From Amphiscolops sp. MND2022 (taxonomy: Eukaryota): a stretch of 63,952 nucleotides of DNA. The stretch is taken from the NCBI GenBank assembly GCA_964187785.1, contig OZ076409.1:40054001-40117952 (forward strand), written 5' to 3'. Below the pieces are notes generated by a model, which worked only from the letters and a program-made list of their open reading frames with translations, was not told where the DNA came from and ran no database searches. The translations under genes and the position numbers were made by a program. Positions 12,659-25,310 of the stretch are shown one piece after another (position 1 is the stretch's first letter; the number at the start of each line of letters is the position of its first letter).

Positions 12659-14507
12659 CCAGATTTTTGGATGCATCCAGAAATTTCCACCTCCATTCCG
12701 GGTTAAGAGCAGTAAAATGCTGTTAGCTTTTATTGAGCTACAGAAAAATGTTTCGAGATTTTTTAAAATGGAGTCTCTGAATTATACATTTCAACGAAAT
12801 TAGCTCCCAAGCATCCGCGGGGAAGTATACAAAGTTCTCCTGAAGTCTGGACTAGAGCAGCTATACAAAACTTGCAACTCGGATCTTCAAACATTTGTAA
12901 AAAATGTTGTAAAACTTTATGTATCATCATAGAAATATTAAGTCTGACAGACACCTTCTAGTTTTAAAAATGTTTTGCACTTTCCCATTAGCACTTTTCA
13001 TCGAGGACTTTTCATCAAGCCGCCATGAAGATGTGCTTCATATGCTTTTCATCAAGTTTATGAGCTCACAATTCACTACTAAACCAACTCATGTTGACTA
13101 AACTTCGCTGTAATCTTTTGACGGCCACCCTGCTTTCCATCATATCATCATAGCCCCACAGGCAACAACTACGCATTTTGCATTGGCTATGGGTGGACCA
13201 CCGATGTGCTATCAGCGAAAATGTTTTGCAAGAAACATGGCATTGGACGGAACCAAAAGACATCCTCAATTCTACCTTAGCCCAGTTTTTGGATTCAAAA
13301 TTTTTACACCATCGGGTTATCACCGCGGTTGGGAATGATAGAAAAGGAGACACTTGATGGTCCAAAAGACATCCTAAATTTAGTACAGAGTATTATTATT
13401 CTTCTTTTTTTTTCTGTACTGTGATATTGGGAATTTATTGAAAAGAGAATTCTTGACGCTTTGAAGTACTTGAAGTACTTTGCTCTTTTTGAGTCTTGAG
13501 CGAGGTGCCGACTTTTGCCGTTTCATGCTTGTTTTCCTTTTTGACTGTCAATACGGTCCTATGAAATATGACGTCAAAATTTTTGATGTGTCAGAAAGTC
13601 TCAATACGATGAAACAAGTTGAAAAAATGAAGGTCAAAATTCAGTTCGTAGAAATAGAGCATTTGATACCAACTTGAACGCTAATGGCTGGAGAGGCAAT
13701 TGTTTCCCCCAAGTTTCCTCCATTATTTTTGTCAAGGGCTGAAAATGAGACATAAATTAGATTGAACGTTGCGAATTTATTTGACCTGTTTTCGTGACCA
13801 GAGCAGTGAAATTCATTACAATTGAAATGCTTGAGTTGTTTTTATCAATCAGGATTATAAGTAAACTCGTTGCCTTGTTCTCCAGAAACAAATGTATGAA
13901 CATTATAACATTATAATCACAATTTAATGCAGGTGTAAAAACGGCTTGCAATGAATGCGATGACAATGCACACGAGATTGCAATATTAGGTCTCCTTTTG
14001 ACACCTAAGAATGGAATGAGGCGTTTCAAAGGAAGGATTATCTGCTCTTTTAGGAACATGATTTGTAATCTGAACATACAAGAATGTGAGTTCTATTAAG
14101 AGTTTCCTATGAGAGATTAGAGCGACTACTATTTCATAACGAAAAATGACCTCTTTTCGAATAGTTGGAAGTTGATTCAAAAAATAATTTCAAAATCTCA
14201 GTCAATCTCTTCTTATTCAAATCGATCATTATATGCAAATGATCATCAAGTAAAACCTTGCCACGCTGGGGAATCTTGAACATAAGTCATAAATAAACAA
14301 AGTAAATCCCAATAGGATGCGATGCATTCAAACTGAAGAATCGTTTACGCAAAGAACTCAGCATGATTTTTCCAGCATTGTAGTATCTCAAATTTCTTTT
14401 CTTAGTGGCACTATTTTTCATGGAAAATGGTATATCCGCAAATAGACAAAATTTAGTTCATCTTTTTCTATTGTTTCATCGTATATCATGGTCTTATGGC
14501 TGCCAAG

Positions 14508-17500
14508 TAGGGTTGGCTTTTAATGTTGGATTAAAAGTTTTTAAATTATTTTAATCCGAATAAAAATCAGGATGCAGGAAGCTGATTTTTGAAACAAATA
14601 AATTCGGAAGATGGATCAAAAAACGGGAGTGGACCACTATCTTCAACAGTCCACCGAGAAGTTGAAAAATTGACTATTATTTGGCAAACTTTTTTCAAAG
14701 CTTCATGCTCTACGAATAATAACCGAAGCTCAAATCTGTTTTCTGCTCCTGAAAGCCCTTGAACTAAACTTTTAAATCCACACTAGTTAGACATGGAGTT
14801 GGGGTGATAGCGCTACCCCGTTAGTGCGGACAGGCCTTCGCAGTACATTTGAAATGCCGATCGTGTTCATACCTGAAGCTTCATTGAAAAAACTTCTATA
14901 TACGTTCTAAATGGTGGCCCACTGTGTTATTAGAGTGGGGCAGTAATTTAGCACACAGTAGCTCAGTTATCGAGAAAAAAATCGAAGTATTTTTTTTGCA
15001 AATTTTCACTTTTTCCCAGTTACTTTTTTGCCGGTGGCTCGGAAAAAAGATTAATATGACACAAATAACAACTCATCCCATTTAAACCAACAGTGTTAAA
15101 AAAGGCTATTTTTTGTTCTCGTACATGTTTTTTGTGTTTCATATTTGGGGCTCGAGCTTTGCGAGGTGCCCATATGGTGACGGTTTCATCTTTCGTGACA
15201 TGTGAGGCAAAGTTTGAAGACTTTTCAAACTTGTGAGGCAAATTTCCTCAAAACCCAGAATATATATGGACACCATATTTTTGCTAAAAATTGCGCAAGA
15301 TCCTCGGCTACATTTTCGTCGAAACAAATTTTCAAAAAGAATTTGGTTTCATTTTTGAAAAAACGCAATTTTCGAGTGTTTTTCATCTTTGATCCCCTAT
15401 ATCTCAGACCTGAGACTAAATACAGGGTTAGTGGTTTCGTAAATTGAACAAGCGTTTCATACGCAAAGTTTTGGCCGGAAAATTACGTCAAAAAATTTTT
15501 CATACTTGTTTTTTTGGGCAAAAAAAGCATGGACGTAGGCTACTTTTTGGACCAACAAAGTTTCTGTCATCGAGTATATCGCCTTCGTTTTTCTGCCAAA
15601 AATACTTGATTTTTTCTTTTTACTTGAGCTCCTATGTTTCATGACCGAGCCCAAATATGGGGGTCATGGTTTCATTAATTGTTTGAGGCTTATGTAGGCT
15701 ATGTTTTAGGCCAAAAGTGACGTCGATATTTTTTTCGCTCTGGATTTCTTTGAGCAAATAAAGTATTGAAAAAATTTTCCTGAATTTTTTCCCATTTGTT
15801 CCAAATTGAACATTTTTTTCTCAGAACTTTAAATAGATACGAAAACAATTCTCCCTCACAAAGTGAGGCAAGGATGTAGGCTACTTTTTTACGATCAAAG
15901 TTTCCGTCATGAAGTACGACGCCTTCGGGTTTCTGCCAGAAATTCATTTTTTTCATTTTTCTCAAAAAGCTTTCTTCTTAATCTTTTTAGTTCTTCCATC
16001 ACAATATCCTGATCTGAAACTCGATATGTTCACTAGGTTTTGGGCCCTTGGATATACTCCATTTGTAGCACCTTCTTCAGACCATTGAACGTTTCTGCTC
16101 GAGGCCAAGCGCGAAATGCCGTCGCACCCATGTTTTCCATTGTTTGCAAAAAAAATTCGCTGTTCTCATATGAGAACGAAATCACTGTCGTGGCTATGCA
16201 GACGGTGCACTAAGCCAACGAAATATATTCCTTTTCATCGTGTGACTAAATCATTTAAACGCGCGATTAAATTCATTCTCAAATTTGGCGAAGGTTCATT
16301 CCAAATGTATGCGAATAATAGTACGTGTAAACGAAATAGTGTCGATCATAAATTACGATAACGTAGTCAGCTAAGGTCAAATACATCTAATGCCCTAAAT
16401 GCAGGAGCGAAATGAAGCGGAGTGACGTGCCACTAATCGTTCAGTGGCTTGTTTTGACGACGGTCGATCTGAAGTAGCGTGAAGCGCCGCGGAATGAGGA
16501 AGGCCGAGTCTTACAACCAATATAAAAACAATCTATGCACAGTCGGCATAGTGAACCGTCGGCATTGTGTACCGTCGGCTTAGTGATGTGATACGGTTGA
16601 TTCCGATTGACTTTCACCAAGCTGAGGTTTAGACATTTTAGCAAGTTGTTTACTAACAAACTTGATTGAAAAAATACATTTTGTACCCATTGTTTGATAT
16701 AGTTTGATACGATACAGTTACATAAAAAAAGACTCTTATATTACAATTCTTGTTCTTTCCTAACTTAGCTTTAGAGTATAACAAGTGAACCGTTAGCTTA
16801 GTGAACCCCAGAAAACCAGTGGTTCGAGTTTTTAAACTCCAATTTGATTTTAAGTCTTCGAAAGAACAAAGTCTAAAGTGATGAGAACTGATTCCGATTT
16901 TAGAGTGCTCGGAGAAAGTCATAAATTGCGAATTCAAATAACTGATTGAAGTGAAACAAGCCGAGAACGGCCGAAGTCGGCGCTATATCTATGGCTCAAA
17001 AAAGTTTTAAAAATTAAATAAAGGGGACGCTTTGGGCTTTTTGAAACTCCAGTTTGTTGCAAAATATGAAAAAAATTGAAGGAGGGGTCCTGTGGAGACT
17101 TGAAAAAAATTTCGAAAAAAACAAGAAAATGAGATTTTTGAACAATGTCACAGTACCAAAAAATGTAAAAGGCCCTTTGGGATTTCTTTTCTTAACAACA
17201 CCGATTCTGTTGCAAAATATACAAACAAATGAAGAGACCCTTTGGCGCAATCCAAGTTTTTTCAAAAAAAATCTCATGGTGTCAAAAAAAATCGAAGTCA
17301 AAAACACCAAGATAACCAGAGAGGGGATCCTAGTATGTTTGTAAAATTCTGGACGTCGGTTTTGTTTCTTTTTGTTTTGGCAAGGTTCTGAGGTTTCGAG
17401 TGTTTTGAACCTTCGTAGTTCAACTTGAAGTTGTTGAACAATTGAACAAAAAAGTGGACATTACGCGTCTAAAAAACTACCCACTGTAAGAGTCGGGCAC

Positions 17501-17613
17501 ATTTCTTCAAAAGCGCCGACTAAAAACTGGGTATTCTTACTGATTTTAATCAATCATGATTAGAATAATTTTAATCAATTTGATTATAATCTGATTATAA
17601 TTAGCCAACCCTG
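14508..17613. mobile_element. hAT-like non-autonomous TIR element with nested insertions
   Basis: Termini TAGGGTTGGC ... GCCAACCCTG; 8-bp flanks CTGCCAAG/ATGCCAAT (6/8 match). Confidence 0.5.
16956..17526 (-). mobile_element. Helentron/DINE-1-like non-autonomous element (HINE-like)
   Basis: One end ACAAG-GCCGagaaCGGC hairpin-AGTCGGCGC; other end AGTCGG..GCGCCGACT-AAAAA (subterminal inverted repeats). Confidence 0.65.
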
Positions 17614-17682
17614 ATGCCAATGATGACATTCGTTGATCCTCTTGGCTTACATGACAGCATCATAGTTAATCTATAATACAAG

Positions 17683-19660
17683 TGTAAGAAAATCCAATTC
17701 GGGGGTCGGAGAGAGTTTTACCTCGGATTGGAAGCTTAACAGACAAAAAGGTTGTTTTAGTGAGTTAGCCAATTCTCTTGAAGTTACTGTCTATTTCTCT
17801 CTCCAGATTTGCTCTATCGGCTCGCGTCTTCCAAAAGCTTCGAGTAATGGAATAATAAAATTACTTCTTTAACGGAAACAATGACACTGGGTAACTCAAA
17901 TCAGTCAAACTAACTAATACTCATCAATCGAAGAATCAATCTTCGATTCAGCCAATTACAGGTTTATCACAAGTCCCGGACTTGTCATGTAAATCTACTG
18001 AACTGGCGACAACGTTATCTTCTAGAAGTGTCTCTTGTCTCGGCGAGACTCAACCTTCTAGTTCTCTTACTCGCTTGTCGAGAAACGCGAGTATTAATTC
18101 GAACAAGTATCTTGCCTCCGCGAGACTCAACTTGATTCCAGCTTTCTAACTCGGTTCTGCCTATTCAAGTATATTGCAAATCCGCCTTGATTATATTTGT
18201 TCATCGCCCGCATTTTTGTTGTACCGATGTCGCTCTTTTATTTGCATGCTTTTAACTTCATGTAGTTTCATTCCTTTTATGGCACGGCGGCGCCCTAGTT
18301 ATATTTCGGCCAGACATACTTCGCCGCCAACGGCAAATAATTCAACAAAGGTTGTACAAAGTTCACATATCAATAATAATTCAAGTCAACCAAGATATTT
18401 CCAATATCGAGCCAATCGTTTAATGACCTTCAGTTACATGGTTTACATGCTCTCTACGTGTTAGGGTTACTTTTCCGTCCTTTTGGGCGCAATGCCTCGC
18501 AAATTGTTCCGCCTGGCTGAATTGCATAAATTATCACGCAAAGATGCTGATTTACATGATTTATCGTAAGTTTCTCTAAATGTTCCGGTGTTGCATCGGA
18601 AATGACCTTGAGGTCCTTCTATGACCTTGAAGTTAATCATCCTCATCCAGAGTTGCTACATGCCAAGTTATATCCTCCTAGGGTCAATGGTCTTCGAGTT
18701 ACATGATATGCGTATCGTTTGTTTACTTAAAGCGGTTACCCCCGCATGGGTTACAAATAAGTTTCCATTCACGTTATAAATCGACTACATTCATCATTCC
18801 GGTTCGTTTGATATATTACAAGCCGAGGTCAAATACCTTTTATCGGTTGGGCCCGCGCGTCCGGTCCCGCGTGCCTTAAACAAACATTAATCCGCGCGTG
18901 GAGGGTCGGTCAATGTATCTTTCATGTATATAAGTTAGGGTTACTAGGTGAACATCTTGGGTAAGTTTCATGATCTTAGGGTCATCCGGTGGCGATTTAC
19001 ATAACGTTCGGTGTTTATTTACTTAGGGTCCGTGCTCCTCCTACGCGCATCGTAGGGTTCCCAAAACATTCGCAAACGGCCTAATATCATATGGGCTATC
19101 GATCCTATATATACTACGACTTCTTCCGTGCTTGGCCGACGAGTTCAGAGGGGGGTTGACCTAGGTCACTTTCGGTGCTAATAGCCCGGGACTGGGGGTC
19201 TCGGTTCGGTTCCATTTTCATAGATCCGTAGCATAACAGCTCAGGTATACGTGTGCCAAAATTCAGGTCTCTACAATAAATAGTCTTTGAGAAAAACGGG
19301 GAGGGGGGTTTCCACGTTTGTCACACTTGGTTTTCCTGGGTGGTATCTTAGAATATTTCCGCTCTTAAATGGGACTTAGTAAAATTCGCTCTCAGAGATT
19401 GACTCTGACTTAGCCGATTCGAGTCATTTCATCGCTGACGTCACTCGCTAACTTGTTAATTTTTGCCTAAGACGTTTCGTTTACTTTATAAAAGTCTAGT
19501 TTGCCAAATAAGCCATATCGAAGCACACTATTGTCATCCTTCTCAGCTGTTTTCACTTTTCCGACGGTCTTAAAACGTGATTAAAACAGTTCAATCTATC
19601 GTATGTACTTCGCGCAAAAGCAATGGGTTTTCGTGGACGCCAAAAACTAAAATTTCCACA
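17683..19660 (-). repeat. 3' LTR of the minus-strand element (1978 bp)
   Basis: Highly similar to 23250-25235; adjoined by CTCTTCCCTTC (minus-strand PPT). Confidence 0.93.
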
Positions 19661-19671
19661 CTCTTCCCTTC
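19661..19671 (-). promoter_or_regulatory. Polypurine tract GAAGGGAAGAG
   Basis: Pure purine run on the minus strand abutting the LTR. Confidence 0.8.
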
Positions 19672-20429
19672 TGGACTTTTATTCTCCCGAATAAACTTAA
19701 CATCGTTATCGCTGGCTGAACCGAGGGATATGGGTTAAACATAAACAATACAGTATGGTTGTAGGGTGGGGATAAGGTAGTCAAACATCAATAGCTCCGA
19801 TGGTTCAAACTATCTACAATAACTATGAACTAGCCTAACATCGACATTAAAGAAGACGATGAAAAATGCAATTTAAACATATAATCAGAAAAACACCGAA
19901 ATCTCATTAAAAATAAATCTCTAAAGTAAATTTTGGGGTGGGCAACCAAGACAAAAAGTATAGTTTAGGGTTCATAATATAGCGGTGTGGGTTAAACAGG
20001 CGGGGGGTTTTTACGGGCTTACAGAGGAAAAGACAGGTTTAGCACTGGGGTGAGAGTTATGAGAAAGGGGATGTGGGTTTGCCCGTGGACACAGTACTAG
20101 AAAAATGGTTAGGGTCGGCGGTTTGGGATAACCCAATTTAACAGCATAATTTCAACAAGTGTATAAAGAAACAATTGGATGGGCCGGGGTCTCGAAACGA
20201 ATAAAGACCAAGACCATTCCCGAACTTCTGCATGTATTTTCTACTTATTACTGGGCAGCAAAAGAAACAAAAAAACTTTATATCTTCAATACTGTAACAT
20301 CGTTCCTCCAAAATGTAACATGCCGTGCTTTGCAGGAATTCAGCTAGTTTGGTCACATAGATCCAAGAAAAAACTAGTTCAAAATTGAAAAAATTTAGTT
20401 GATGTTTTTAAATAATGACTAATCTTTCG

Positions 20430-22310
20430 TCACCAGTTTTCATTTGACATCTCACAGTCTTTTGGGGAGATATCTTGTGAACACATTGTCGTCACCCTAT
20501 ATGTCATCTTTTTCATCACGTCTTGCGCTGCAAGTTCCTCCGCTTTCCACCTTCCGTGCTTCCTGTGACTGATCCAGCTGAAAGAATCAGCGCTTGGCAC
20601 AGCCACATTTCGTTTTTGTTCCACACCAGCCTCGCATTGTCCACTGTCACTGACACATCTTGGAACAGGCCTCTTCTGGGGTTCGCATGGGGCTGGCGGG
20701 TGGCAGAACCACTTCCCTTCTGGAGTTAACATCGTCTTGCGCATCACTTGGCCTGTGTCGCCACCACTCAGTTTCATTTTTCCTCTGTCGTAGACTTCCC
20801 TCGCAGTCCTGTGCTCGTCTCTCATAGTTACGCTCTTCGATGAGTTCCATGAACTAAGTTGACTTCCTCTCGCATGGTCACCCAGTGGTTTACCACTAGT
20901 TTCTCGGGGCTCACTCACCGATGTCACCTCAGTCTCGTGGCATGGGTGCGTCAGACAAATCCTAGAGAGTTTTAGGAGCATCATTCGGGAGGGCGTGCTG
21001 AGAGGCTTCGCTTCTAGAATTTGTCCACGTGGATTGTCTCGAGGGACTTCAGCCAGCTTCTCATTCACTTCTGTGTGGTTGTTCTCCATGTCAACAATGG
21101 GGACACTCGTTTTCGCGTCTCCACTATCAGAGTTCAACCGCATCAGCTCAGCTCCAGGATTGCGTTTGTGTCGAATCCAACTTCGATCGCTCTGTTCAAA
21201 GCTGTGAGACACCTTGCCTTCTCTCCATTTCGTGGCTTCCCAGCGGCATACCGGGGAAAGATATTGCCTGTGCTGCACCCAGTCTTCCTCACACAACAGT
21301 GACGCAGCTCGACCCCAATTAACATACGGAGACCAAAGCGCATTATCCCATCCGTTGGGACATCTGGGTAAAGACTTTCCACAGTCAGACAATACGTTTA
21401 CTTGCACCCACAAGGCAGTCATGAACCTCAGAAATGAAGTCCAAACTTTTCTCTTGCGTCTCGCAGAGCATGCTTCCGTCAGCTTGATACCAGCGTTGCG
21501 GTCTGGCACACGCTGATATGCTGTCCTCGCAACTTCAGTACTGGGTCTCGGGTTCCATTGTGGTTCAGCTCCAACAACAAAGGTCTGAATGCCGTGCCAC
21601 GGCCTTTCTGCTTCAGTCTTTGGTGCACACATGCAGTCCGGATTGCCTTGCTTCACGCATTCCAGTTTTAAATCAGCTAGCTCTTCTGTGGCTTTGAAGT
21701 TCCATTCCACTGCTTGGGTGGTGCAGTGCCCACCTTCGACTTCCCACGTTTCATCAGTTCTTTGTGAGAGCTCCATTCGTGCTTCCAATGTGAAAGAACA
21801 TCTTTCACTGGACAGCGTCGTTCTCTCAGCACTCATTTGTTCAAAATCTGCGGCGGCTTCTTCATGGTTCAGTCGAACAATTGCGCTTTCCATCAAGCCA
21901 CGTTCTGGACAATCAACGTAATCCATTTGAACGTTTATCTTCACATCAGACTCGACCCAAAGGCGTTGAACAACAACTTTCCCAGATCTCACGTGGAAAA
22001 CTGATGAACGCTCAGCAGCTTCATTGTTCCACATCAAAGTTTCTGGGGTTGGCACCAACTTGCAACCTTTTTCTGGCGCTGTGAGGCTCTCATGGTTTCC
22101 GCTGGCAAGTATAGCTTTCTTGCTTTCGTCAAATTGTCTAAGACTCGTACGGACAATCATAGTCAACGTCGCTATACAACTCGCTCCAGAGCTCATCGTT
22201 CTCTTCATCTGAGCTCTCTTCGTCACTGGAATAACTCCACAATTCGGTACGTTGATGCTGCTTGTGCGCAGTACCTTCGTGGTCTCCAACGAGATCATCA
22301 CAATCGTCAC
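20430..22310 (-). CDS. ORF2 (up to 626 aa), unknown function
   Basis: Long open frame overlapping ORF1 in the +1 frame; no polymerase or integrase motifs. The true start is uncertain. Confidence 0.55.
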   Translation of the reverse strand: MTIVMISLETTKVLRTSSINVPNCGVIPVTKRAQMKRTMSSGASCIATLTMIVRTSLRQFDESKKAILASGNHESLTAPEKGCKLVPTPETLMWNNEAAERSSVFHVRSGKVVVQRLWVESDVKINVQMDYVDCPERGLMESAIVRLNHEEAAADFEQMSAERTTLSSERCSFTLEARMELSQRTDETWEVEGGHCTTQAVEWNFKATEELADLKLECVKQGNPDCMCAPKTEAERPWHGIQTFVVGAEPQWNPRPSTEVARTAYQRVPDRNAGIKLTEACSARRKRKVWTSFLRFMTALWVQVNVLSDCGKSLPRCPNGWDNALWSPYVNWGRAASLLCEEDWVQHRQYLSPVCRWEATKWREGKVSHSFEQSDRSWIRHKRNPGAELMRLNSDSGDAKTSVPIVDMENNHTEVNEKLAEVPRDNPRGQILEAKPLSTPSRMMLLKLSRICLTHPCHETEVTSVSEPRETSGKPLGDHARGSQLSSWNSSKSVTMRDEHRTAREVYDRGKMKLSGGDTGQVMRKTMLTPEGKWFCHPPAPCEPQKRPVPRCVSDSGQCEAGVEQKRNVAVPSADSFSWISHRKHGRWKAEELAAQDVMKKMTYRVTTMCSQDISPKDCEMSNENW

Positions 22311-23145
22311 CGCTGTCTTCCTCTCCCCAGTATGACGCTTTCCACGCTGATGTTGACCTCGTCACGTGTGCAGCGTTTGTGTGCGCCATGCTTTCTGATT
22401 TCGTTTCTTCGTTCTTACGTTGGGCAGCATTGGAACTGTCCACGTCAGCGACGCTTCTCGTCTGCTTCTCCTTCGACAAGATCGTAACTTTCTGGAGACT
22501 TCCGCTACTTTGGGCAACACTAAAGTTTTCTTTGTCGGTCGGCATCCTTTCTGCTTGAGCCTGTGGCTCAGTGTGACGACGTCTAACTCGATGCATTTTG
22601 GCCCACAACCCATTAAGCTGCTGTTCCAAGCAATCTTGGCGTTCCAACTCTCGAACAATCAGGGTAACTTTCGCATGATCTTTCACAACATCTCGGAGGC
22701 ACTCGTCGTTCAAGCCCGACAAACAATTGGAGGCCCAGTGCTCATCACTGAATGTTTTCAGAGCAAGCGTCTTGAATGCGCCTACCCTTCGTGCATAGTC
22801 TGAGATATTTTCTCCTTTCCTCTGTCGAAGCTCCAGAAGCAAACGTTCTTCAATAAGTTCAATCTGGGAAACTCCAATCACTTGCACAGTTCGGCTGAGA
22901 AGGTCCGAAACACTAGGTCCCTCCAGTTCTACTTCAACAAAGAGCTTGGCTTCCAAAAATGCATTGAACAGTGCTCCCCTGAGAGATTCCGACATCATCT
23001 GACAACACGTTTCGTAGTCCCAATTTAACTGCTCGGCCGTGCTCAAGAACTTCAGCAGCCACCCTCTCCAGCTGGGGGAATTGCTACTCGGGAACTCTCC
23101 GACGTCCACTTGGTCTCTCGCAAGACCTCTTACCTCAGTCTCCAT
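22138..23145 (-). CDS. Gag-like ORF1 (335 aa) with acidic tail and no zinc knuckle
   Basis: Starts 85 nt after the PBS; capsid-like motifs WLLKF..TAEQLNW, LRGA and LRQRKGENISDYARR. Confidence 0.75.
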   Translation of the reverse strand: METEVRGLARDQVDVGEFPSSNSPSWRGWLLKFLSTAEQLNWDYETCCQMMSESLRGALFNAFLEAKLFVEVELEGPSVSDLLSRTVQVIGVSQIELIEERLLLELRQRKGENISDYARRVGAFKTLALKTFSDEHWASNCLSGLNDECLRDVVKDHAKVTLIVRELERQDCLEQQLNGLWAKMHRVRRRHTEPQAQAERMPTDKENFSVAQSSGSLQKVTILSKEKQTRSVADVDSSNAAQRKNEETKSESMAHTNAAHVTRSTSAWKASYWGEEDSGDDCDDLVGDHEGTAHKQHQRTELWSYSSDEESSDEENDELWSELYSDVDYDCPYES

Positions 23146-23229
23146 CTCTCAGCAAGATAACTCTGTAAAATCCACTGATCTCTTCAACAGAGTCTACAAA
23201 CGTCCACAGTAACATCAAAAAGAATGGGT

Positions 23230-23248
23230 AGCCCACCCAGGAGCGCCA
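23230..23248 (-). promoter_or_regulatory. Primer-binding site complementary to the tRNA-Asn 3' end
   Basis: Plus strand AGCCCACCCAGGAGCGCCA resembles the animal tRNA-Asn 3' end (..AGCCCACCC.GG..CG-CCA) and lies 1 nt from the LTR. Confidence 0.85.
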
Positions 23249-23249
23249 C

Positions 23250-25235
23250 TGTAAGAAAATCCAATTCGGGGGTCGGAGAGAGTTTTACCTCGGATTGGAA
23301 GCTTAACAGACAAAAAGGTTGTTTTAGTGAGTTAGCCAATTCTCTTGAAGTTACTGTCTATTTCTCTCTCCAGATTTGCTCTATCGGCTCGCGTCTTCCA
23401 AAAGCTTCGAGTAATGGAATAATAAAATTACTTCTTTAACGGAAACAATGACACTGGGTAACTCAAATCAGTCAAACTAACTAATACTCATCAATCGAAG
23501 AATCAATCTTCGATTCAGCCAATTACAGGTTTATATCACAAGTCCCGGACTTGTCATGTAAATCTACTGAACTGGCGACAACGTAATCTTCTAGAAGTGT
23601 CTCTTGTCTCGGCGAGACTCAACCTTCTAGTTCTCTTACTCGCTTGTCGAGAAACGCGAGTATTAATTCGAACAAGTATCTTGCCTCCGCGAGACTCAAC
23701 TTGATTCCAGCTTTCTAACTCGGTTCTGCCTATTCAAGTATATTGCAATTCCGCCTCGATTATATTTGTTCATCGCCCGCATTTTTGTTGTACCGATGTC
23801 GCTCTTTTATTTGCATGCTTTTAACTTCATGTAGTTTCATTCCTTTTATGGCACGGCGGCGCCCTAGTTATATTTCGGCCAGACATACTTCGCCGCCAAC
23901 GGCAAATAGTTCAACAAAGGTTGTACAAAGTACACATATCAATAATAATTCAAGTCAACCAAGATATTTCCAATATCGAGCCAATCGTTTAATGACCTTC
24001 AGTTACATGGTTTACATGCTCTCTACGTGTGAGGGTTACTTTTCCGTCCTTTTGGGCGCAATGCCTCGCAAATTGTTCCGCCTGGCTGAATTGCATAAAT
24101 TATCACGCAAAGATGCTGATTTACATGATTTATCGTAAGTTTCTCTAAATGTTCCGGTGTTGCATCTGAAATGACCTTGAGGTCCTTCTGTGACCTTGAA
24201 GTTAATCATCCTCATCCAGAGTTGCTACATGCCAAGTTATATCCTCCTAGGGTCAATGGTCTTCGAGTTACATGATATGCGTATCGTTTGTTTACTAAAA
24301 GCGGTTACCCCCGCATGGGTTACAAATAAGTTTCCATTCACGTTATAAATCGACTACATTCATCATTCCGGTTCGTTTGATAAATTACAAGCCGAGGTCA
24401 AATACCTTTTATCGGTTGGGCCCGCGCGTCCGGTCCCGCGTGCCTTAAACAAACATTACTCCGCGCGTGGAGGGTCGGTCAATGTATCTTTCATGTATAT
24501 AAGTTAGGGTTACTAGGTGAACATCTTGGGTAAGTTTCTTGATCTTAGTGTCATCCGGTGGCGATTTACATAACGTTCGGGGTTTGTTTACTTGGGGTCC
24601 GTGCTCCTCCTACGCGCATCGTAGGGTTCCCAAAACATTCGCAAACGGCTTAATATCATATGGGCTATCGATCCTTTATATACTACGACTTTTTCCGTGC
24701 TTGGCCGACGAGTTCAGAGGGGGGTCGACCTAGGTCACTTTCGGTGCTAATAGCCCGGGACTGGGGGGGTCTCGGTTCGGTTCCATTTTCATAGATCGGT
24801 AGCATAACAGCTCAGGTATACGTGTGCCAAAATTCAGGTCTCTACAATAAATAGTCTTTGAGAAAAACCGTTTGGGGGGGGGTTTTCCACTTTTGTCACA
24901 CTTGGTTTTCCTGGGTGGTATCTTAGAATTTTTCCGCTCTTAAATGGGACTTAGTAAAATTCGCTCTCAGAGATTGACTCTGACTTAGCCGATTCGAGTC
25001 ATTTCATCGCTGACGTCACTCGCTAACTTGTTAATTTTTGCCTAAGACGTTTCGTTTACTTTATAAAAGTCTAGTTTGCCAAATAAGCCATATCGAAGCA
25101 CACTATTGTCATCCTTTTCAGCTGTTTTCACTTTTCCGACGGTCTAAAAACGTGATTAAAACAGTTCAATCTATCGTATGTACTTCGCGCAAAAGCAATG
25201 GGTTTTCGTGGACGCCAAAAACTAAAATTTCCACA
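23250..25235 (-). repeat. 5' LTR of the minus-strand element (1986 bp)
   Basis: Highly similar to 17683-19660; adjoined by the PBS. Confidence 0.93.
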
Positions 25236-25236
25236 A

Positions 25237-25310
25237 CAAGCACAACATTTTACCGAAGACTTCTGGCATGCCAAGCACAACATTTTACCGAAGACTTCTG
25301 GCATGCCAAG
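25237..25310. repeat. 35-bp perfect tandem duplication adjoining the TSD
   Basis: CAAGCACAACATTTTACCGAAGACTTCTGGCATGC x2 plus CAAG. Confidence 0.9.

Larger units (their letters stand above)
17683..25235 (-). mobile_element. Non-autonomous LTR retrotransposon (7553 bp) lacking recognisable pol
   Basis: About 1.98-kb TG..CA direct repeats, perfect TSD ACAAG (17678-17682, 25236-25240), minus-strand PBS and PPT, gag-like ORF, no RT/RH/IN motifs. Confidence 0.93.

Noticed and set aside
18174..18464. ORF inside the LTR (also 23743-24138)
   Set aside because: Non-ATG start, stop position differs between the two LTRs, no motifs.
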